This document shows positions 31,977 to 35,159 of a DNA stretch of 35,159 bases, piece by piece. Within the stretch, counting starts at the first letter, position 1. Every line of letters starts with the position of its first letter. The notes beneath the pieces were generated by a model that was not told the DNA's origin, ran no database searches, and worked only from the letters and a program-made list of their open reading frames with translations. A program made the translations under genes and the position numbers. The stretch covers positions 1 through 35,159 of the forward strand of contig JAWVEC010000041.1 in assembly GCA_033856975.1 (NCBI GenBank), read 5' to 3'. This stretch comes from Gaiellales bacterium. GTDB taxonomy: Bacteria; Actinomycetota; Thermoleophilia; Gaiellales; JAICJC01.

Positions 31977-33131
31977 CTGCGCCGCCTGACGGTCTACGTC
32001 TCGCTGCTGGTGATGCTTGATCTGGCACTGTTCTCGGCCATCGTGCCGCTGCTGCCGCAGTTCGCCGCGCGGCTCGACCTCTCCAAGCTCCAGACCGGCA
32101 TGCTGCTCGGCTCCTACAGCGCCGCCGTGGTGCTTTCGGCGGTGCCGGTCGGGCACCTCGCCGACCGGGTCGGCATGCGCACCGTGACGATCGCCGGCTC
32201 GCTGCTGATGGCGGCGGCGACGATCGTGTTCGCCCTCGGCGACTCGTTCGGCGTGCTGATCGCAGCGCGGCTCGCCCAGGGCCTTGCGTCGGCGGTGGCA
32301 TGGAGCGCCGGGCTGGGATGGCTGGCGGCCGGCGCTCCCGAGCAGCGGCGCGGAGCCGAGATCGGCTACGCCAACGCCGCGGCCACGGGCGGCATGATCG
32401 CGGGCCCGCTGCTGGGCGGGGCGGTGGCCGGTGGCCTCGGCATCCGCGACACGTTCCTGATCGCGGCTGCCGCCTCGCTGCTGCTGGCGGTGTGGGGGCT
32501 GTTCGAGACGGACGCGCAGCCCGCCGAGCAGCGTGAGCGCAGCCTGCGGCCGGCCCTGCGGGCGGCAGCCTCGGAGCGCATGATCATGGCCAGCCTGATC
32601 GTGATCGTGCTGGTGGCGCTGATCGGCGGCACGCTGCAGGTGCTGATGCCGCTGCACCTGAGCGCCGACGGCGTCTCGCAGTCGACGCTCGGCTGGCTGT
32701 ACGCGGCCGGTGCCGCGCTGGGCGCGATCGCGATCGCGGCCACCGGACGGCTGGGTGACCGGGTCGGGCGGCTGCCGGTGGCACGTGTGGACTGCCTGGT
32801 GCTGGCGGCCGCCACCCTGGTGCTGGTGGTGCCGCTGCGCGCGGCCCTGTTCGCGGTCATGCTCGTGCTGATCGCGCCGGTGCTGTCGGTGCTGTACGGC
32901 ATCGGCTATCCGCTGGGAGCCGATGGCGCCGACCGGGCGGGACTCGGTCACGGGCTCGCGCTTGGACTGGTGAACCTGGTGTGGGGGATCGGCGCGGTCG
33001 TGGGGCCGGTGGCCGGCGCCGGTGTGGCGGGACGGGCGGGCGATCGGGTGGCGTACGTGCTGCTGGCGACGACCTGCCTGATCGCAGCCTTGGCGCTCCG
33101 ATCAGGGGGCCTGCACAAGCAGGGCGCGTAG
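31977..33131 (+). CDS. MFS transporter (start codon uncertain)
   Basis: TM1 is LTVYVSLLVMLDLALFSAIVPLLPQF. The MFS loop motif is GHLADRVGMRTV (D-R-x-G-R-like). About 12 hydrophobic segments. No ATG/GTG/TTG lies between GTG 31755 and GTG 32010. CTG 31977, preceded by AGGGAGGG, is the best candidate. The 31755-31976 extension has visibly lower third-position GC and overlaps the repeats. Confidence 0.75.
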   Translation: MRRLTVYVSLLVMLDLALFSAIVPLLPQFAARLDLSKLQTGMLLGSYSAAVVLSAVPVGHLADRVGMRTVTIAGSLLMAAATIVFALGDSFGVLIAARLAQGLASAVAWSAGLGWLAAGAPEQRRGAEIGYANAAATGGMIAGPLLGGAVAGGLGIRDTFLIAAAASLLLAVWGLFETDAQPAEQRERSLRPALRAAASERMIMASLIVIVLVALIGGTLQVLMPLHLSADGVSQSTLGWLYAAGAALGAIAIAATGRLGDRVGRLPVARVDCLVLAAATLVLVVPLRAALFAVMLVLIAPVLSVLYGIGYPLGADGADRAGLGHGLALGLVNLVWGIGAVVGPVAGAGVAGRAGDRVAYVLLATTCLIAALALRSGGLHKQGA

Positions 33132-33698
33132 GCGGGCGGGCCGCGCGCCGGGGCCGGTGCCGTACAGCCACGTCACGCGCCGCCCCTCGCTGAGCACGGC
33201 CAGCAGCACCGGCGTCTCGCGATGACAGCCACACGGTGCGGCTGTGATCAGGTACCCGCTGCGGCCGGACGAGCTGAGTGCGGCGACCTTCGAGCCGTCA
33301 CCGAAGAAGTCGGCCGCGCGGCCGTCAACCAGCCGCACGTAGGCGGCGGCGCCGCCGTCCGAGCCGAACTGGAGCGTGCGCGAGACGACGTTGGTGAAGG
33401 CGCCGTGGTTGCCGCGGAACACGCGCTGCGTGCCGCGCTCATATCCCCATGCCTCCAGCTGGGCGGAGAAGCCGGCGATGGGCGCGTCGTGGGTCAGGTC
33501 GACCGCGGTCACGGCCGTGTCGGCGGGAGTGAGCCGGGGCAACGCGGCGGCCGACAGCACGGGCAGCGGAGCGGCCGGCTGCGAGGGTGCCCCCGCGGAG
33601 CCTCCGCCGCACCCCGCTGCGAGCGCTGCCAGCAGCACAACCAGCCTCGAGGGTGGACGGTTGTTGCGGGTCGGCCGTTGCAATTGTGGGGAGTGCAT
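33102..33698 (-). CDS. Hypothetical lipoprotein
   Basis: Signal peptide with lipobox (RLVVLLAALAAGCGGGS). No family recognised. Start at ATG 33698 or 33716. The 3' end overlaps the MFS 3' end by 30 nt. Confidence 0.6.
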   Translation of the reverse strand: MHSPQLQRPTRNNRPPSRLVVLLAALAAGCGGGSAGAPSQPAAPLPVLSAAALPRLTPADTAVTAVDLTHDAPIAGFSAQLEAWGYERGTQRVFRGNHGAFTNVVSRTLQFGSDGGAAAYVRLVDGRAADFFGDGSKVAALSSSGRSGYLITAAPCGCHRETPVLLAVLSEGRRVTWLYGTGPGARPARLRALLVQAP

Positions 33699-33699
33699 C

Positions 33700-33728
33700 T
33701 GGACTCTGACCGCCATTATCGCTACATT
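33700..33728 (+). promoter_or_regulatory. Candidate sigma-70-type promoter for the ABC-transporter operon
   Basis: TGGACT (33700-33705), a 17-nt spacer, then TACATT (33723-33728), in a locally lower-GC divergent spacer about 45 nt upstream of ATG 33775. Confidence 0.3.
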
Positions 33729-33774
33729 CGCTCTTTCCACGAGCCTGACCCCCCTCGTTCCTATCGGAGGTTCC

Positions 33775-34965
33775 ATGACGAACAGACTTGACCGGCGCAC
33801 CTTTCTCGCCGGCGCGGCATCGCTGGGCGGTGCCGCCCTGCTGGCCGGCTGCGGCAGCTCCAGTGGCGGCGGGACATCGGCCGCCTCGACCGTCAAGCGG
33901 CCGCCGATCGGCAGCGAGCCGGGCAACCTCAGCATCTACGAGTGGCAGGGCTACGAGGCCGCCGGCACCAAGGCCCAGACGTACATGAAGGTGCCCGGCA
34001 AGTCGTACGTCGACAAGTACGGCGCCCAATCGCTCACCTACACAGCCTTCCCGTCCGACGACGAGGCCGTGAACAAGGTGGCTGCGGGCACCCAGTTCGA
34101 TCTCATGCATCCCTGCATCTCGTACGTCCGCGACTGGCAGGGGGCTGGGCTGATCCAGCCGTTCGACACCAGTCTGCTGAGCAACTGGGGCGAGCTGGAT
34201 CCCAACGTCACCAAGGCCGGCCTGATCGACGGCCAGCAGTGGTGGATCCCGTGGGACAGCGGCTACTCCAGCATCATGTACCGCAAGGACAAGATCGACC
34301 CGGCCGACGCCACCGGCTGGGAGCTGTTCTGGAACGCCAAGTACAAGAACCACATCTCGATGTGGGACGGCGGCAGCACGCCGATCGAGATCGCAGGCCT
34401 GGTGAACGGCGTCAACAACGTGTACGACATGTCCGACGCCGAGATCGAGGCCTCCAAGCAGAAGCTGATCGAGCAGAAGGCGCTGAACTCGTTCTACTGG
34501 AAGCTCGAGTACGACGACATGCAGCCCGCCTTCAAGTCAGGCGACATCTGGATCACCTACGCCTGGCCGAACGACTACAACGACATGCTGGTGGCCGGGC
34601 TCGACGTCGGTTGGTTGAACCCCTCCCAGGGCCAGCTGGCCTGGTACTGCGGGTTCATCATGGGCAAGGACAGCAAGAACTACTACCACAACCATGAGTA
34701 CGTCGACTCCTTCATCGGCCATGCCGCGTGCGTCGACCTGGCGAACGCGTTCGTCTACGCCAGCGCCAACACAACGGTCGAGGCGAGCGACATCACGGTC
34801 GCGAAGCCGGGTAAGCGCGACACCGCCTACGCCCAGCCCGAGGCGGTCGCCGTGCTCGACTTTGGCGATCCCAACCGGGTCGCGCCGCCCGTTCACCTCG
34901 AGCAGTTCATTCCGCAGCGGGCCAAGTACCAGGCCGCGTGGGACGAGGTCAAGGCGACCGCCTAG
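33775..34965 (+). CDS. ABC transporter substrate-binding lipoprotein, PotD/PotF (polyamine)-like
   Basis: Twin-arginine-like RRTFLAGAA followed by the lipobox LLAGCGS. SBP family-1-type body (LSIYEWQGY..., WWIPWDSGYSSIMYRKDKI, WITYAWPNDY). GGAGG lies 4 nt upstream of the ATG. The track start at 33376 is an antisense-overlapping extension. Confidence 0.8.
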   Translation: MTNRLDRRTFLAGAASLGGAALLAGCGSSSGGGTSAASTVKRPPIGSEPGNLSIYEWQGYEAAGTKAQTYMKVPGKSYVDKYGAQSLTYTAFPSDDEAVNKVAAGTQFDLMHPCISYVRDWQGAGLIQPFDTSLLSNWGELDPNVTKAGLIDGQQWWIPWDSGYSSIMYRKDKIDPADATGWELFWNAKYKNHISMWDGGSTPIEIAGLVNGVNNVYDMSDAEIEASKQKLIEQKALNSFYWKLEYDDMQPAFKSGDIWITYAWPNDYNDMLVAGLDVGWLNPSQGQLAWYCGFIMGKDSKNYYHNHEYVDSFIGHAACVDLANAFVYASANTTVEASDITVAKPGKRDTAYAQPEAVAVLDFGDPNRVAPPVHLEQFIPQRAKYQAAWDEVKATA

Positions 34966-34989
34966 GCGACCACCGCCGAGGCGAAAGGC

Positions 34990-35159
34990 ATGTCGAGCTC
35001 GATCGAATCCGAGCGCCGGCCCGCTCCCAGAGCGGGTCGGCGCAGCTTCCGCGCTCCTGGCCGCGGTTGGCTGGGCGTGCCGGTGGCGGTCTACCTGCTG
35101 ACGCTGCTGGTGTTCCCGGTGATCCTGATCGGGCTCTACAGCGTCGGCCTCAAGACCAA
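34990..35159 (+). CDS. ABC transporter permease (PotB-like), 5' fragment running off the window
   Basis: My own translation from ATG 34990: MSSSIESERRPAPRAGRRSFRAPGRGWLGVPVAVYLLTLLVFPVILIGLYSVGLKT. This is a basic N-terminus followed by the first TM helix, typical of PotB/PotC-type permeases. There is no stop before the window end, so it is absent from the track. Confidence 0.6.
   Translation, partial: MSSSIESERRPAPRAGRRSFRAPGRGWLGVPVAVYLLTLLVFPVILIGLYSVGLKT

Noticed and set aside
31927-31989. 20-codon uORF (MQRDRAAAPGRPVGRANCAA) just upstream of the MFS gene
   Set aside because: It has no Shine-Dalgarno sequence and low complexity, and it overlaps the likely MFS ribosome-binding site. Nothing distinguishes it from chance.
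28297-32301. 1334-aa ORF on the minus strand spanning the GNAT, hydrolase, SDR and MFS 5' region
   Set aside because: It is antisense to four plus-strand genes with clear family motifs. The sequence is Arg/Pro/Gly/Ala-rich and low-complexity with no recognisable domain. Stop-free antisense frames are a typical artefact of very GC-rich DNA.

Overview
Very GC-rich chromosomal segment (roughly 70% by eye, with codon third positions almost all G/C). The proteins look actinobacterial, but the backbone gene order is Bacillus-like. I can support about 40 protein genes, one tRNA, several hairpin terminators and one intergenic repeat array. I see no rRNA, CRISPR array, transposase or integrase, and no recognisable defence genes.

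Layout:
(1) 1-4077: yacL-like PIN/TRAM gene, then a translationally coupled ispD / PHP phosphatase / ispF / HAD phosphatase / small unknown operon.
(2) 4095-14845: a sensor-rich block on both strands. It holds two tail-to-tail NarL-type response regulators, a DosS/DosT-like double-GAF kinase, an MscS channel, a short MutY-type glycosylase, a secreted PhoX/DUF839-like protein, an orphan OmpR-type regulator, an unannotated 45-aa zinc-ribbon ORF, an SRPBCC protein, a LUD-domain protein, a second GAF kinase and a stand-alone cNMP-binding domain.
(3) 14855-19342: compact gltX-like, cysS, rlmB, yacP (NYN), Spo0H-type sigH and tRNA-Thr(UGU).
(4) 19406-35159: RDD protein, membrane-anchored unknown, purE-purK, P-type ATPase, ornithine cyclodeaminase-family protein, primary-like sigma-70, orphan TadG-like protein, GNAT / CocE-NonD hydrolase / SDR / MFS cluster, lipoprotein, and the start of a polyamine-type ABC importer.

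Most unusual signals:
- a four-copy 24-nt repeat array (31592-31863) whose variation is codon-phased;
- a GluRS about 100 aa shorter than canonical in the syntenic gltX slot;
- a Firmicutes-type SigH in a high-GC genome;
- two phosphatases embedded in the MEP-pathway operon;
- an inverted pair of paralogous regulators;
- recurrent RTGGYTGA stop-start overlaps.

I found no clear-cut new multi-gene system. The candidates are listed as findings with hedged interest scores. Many long ORFs in the six-frame track are antisense or alternate-frame artefacts of the GC bias.
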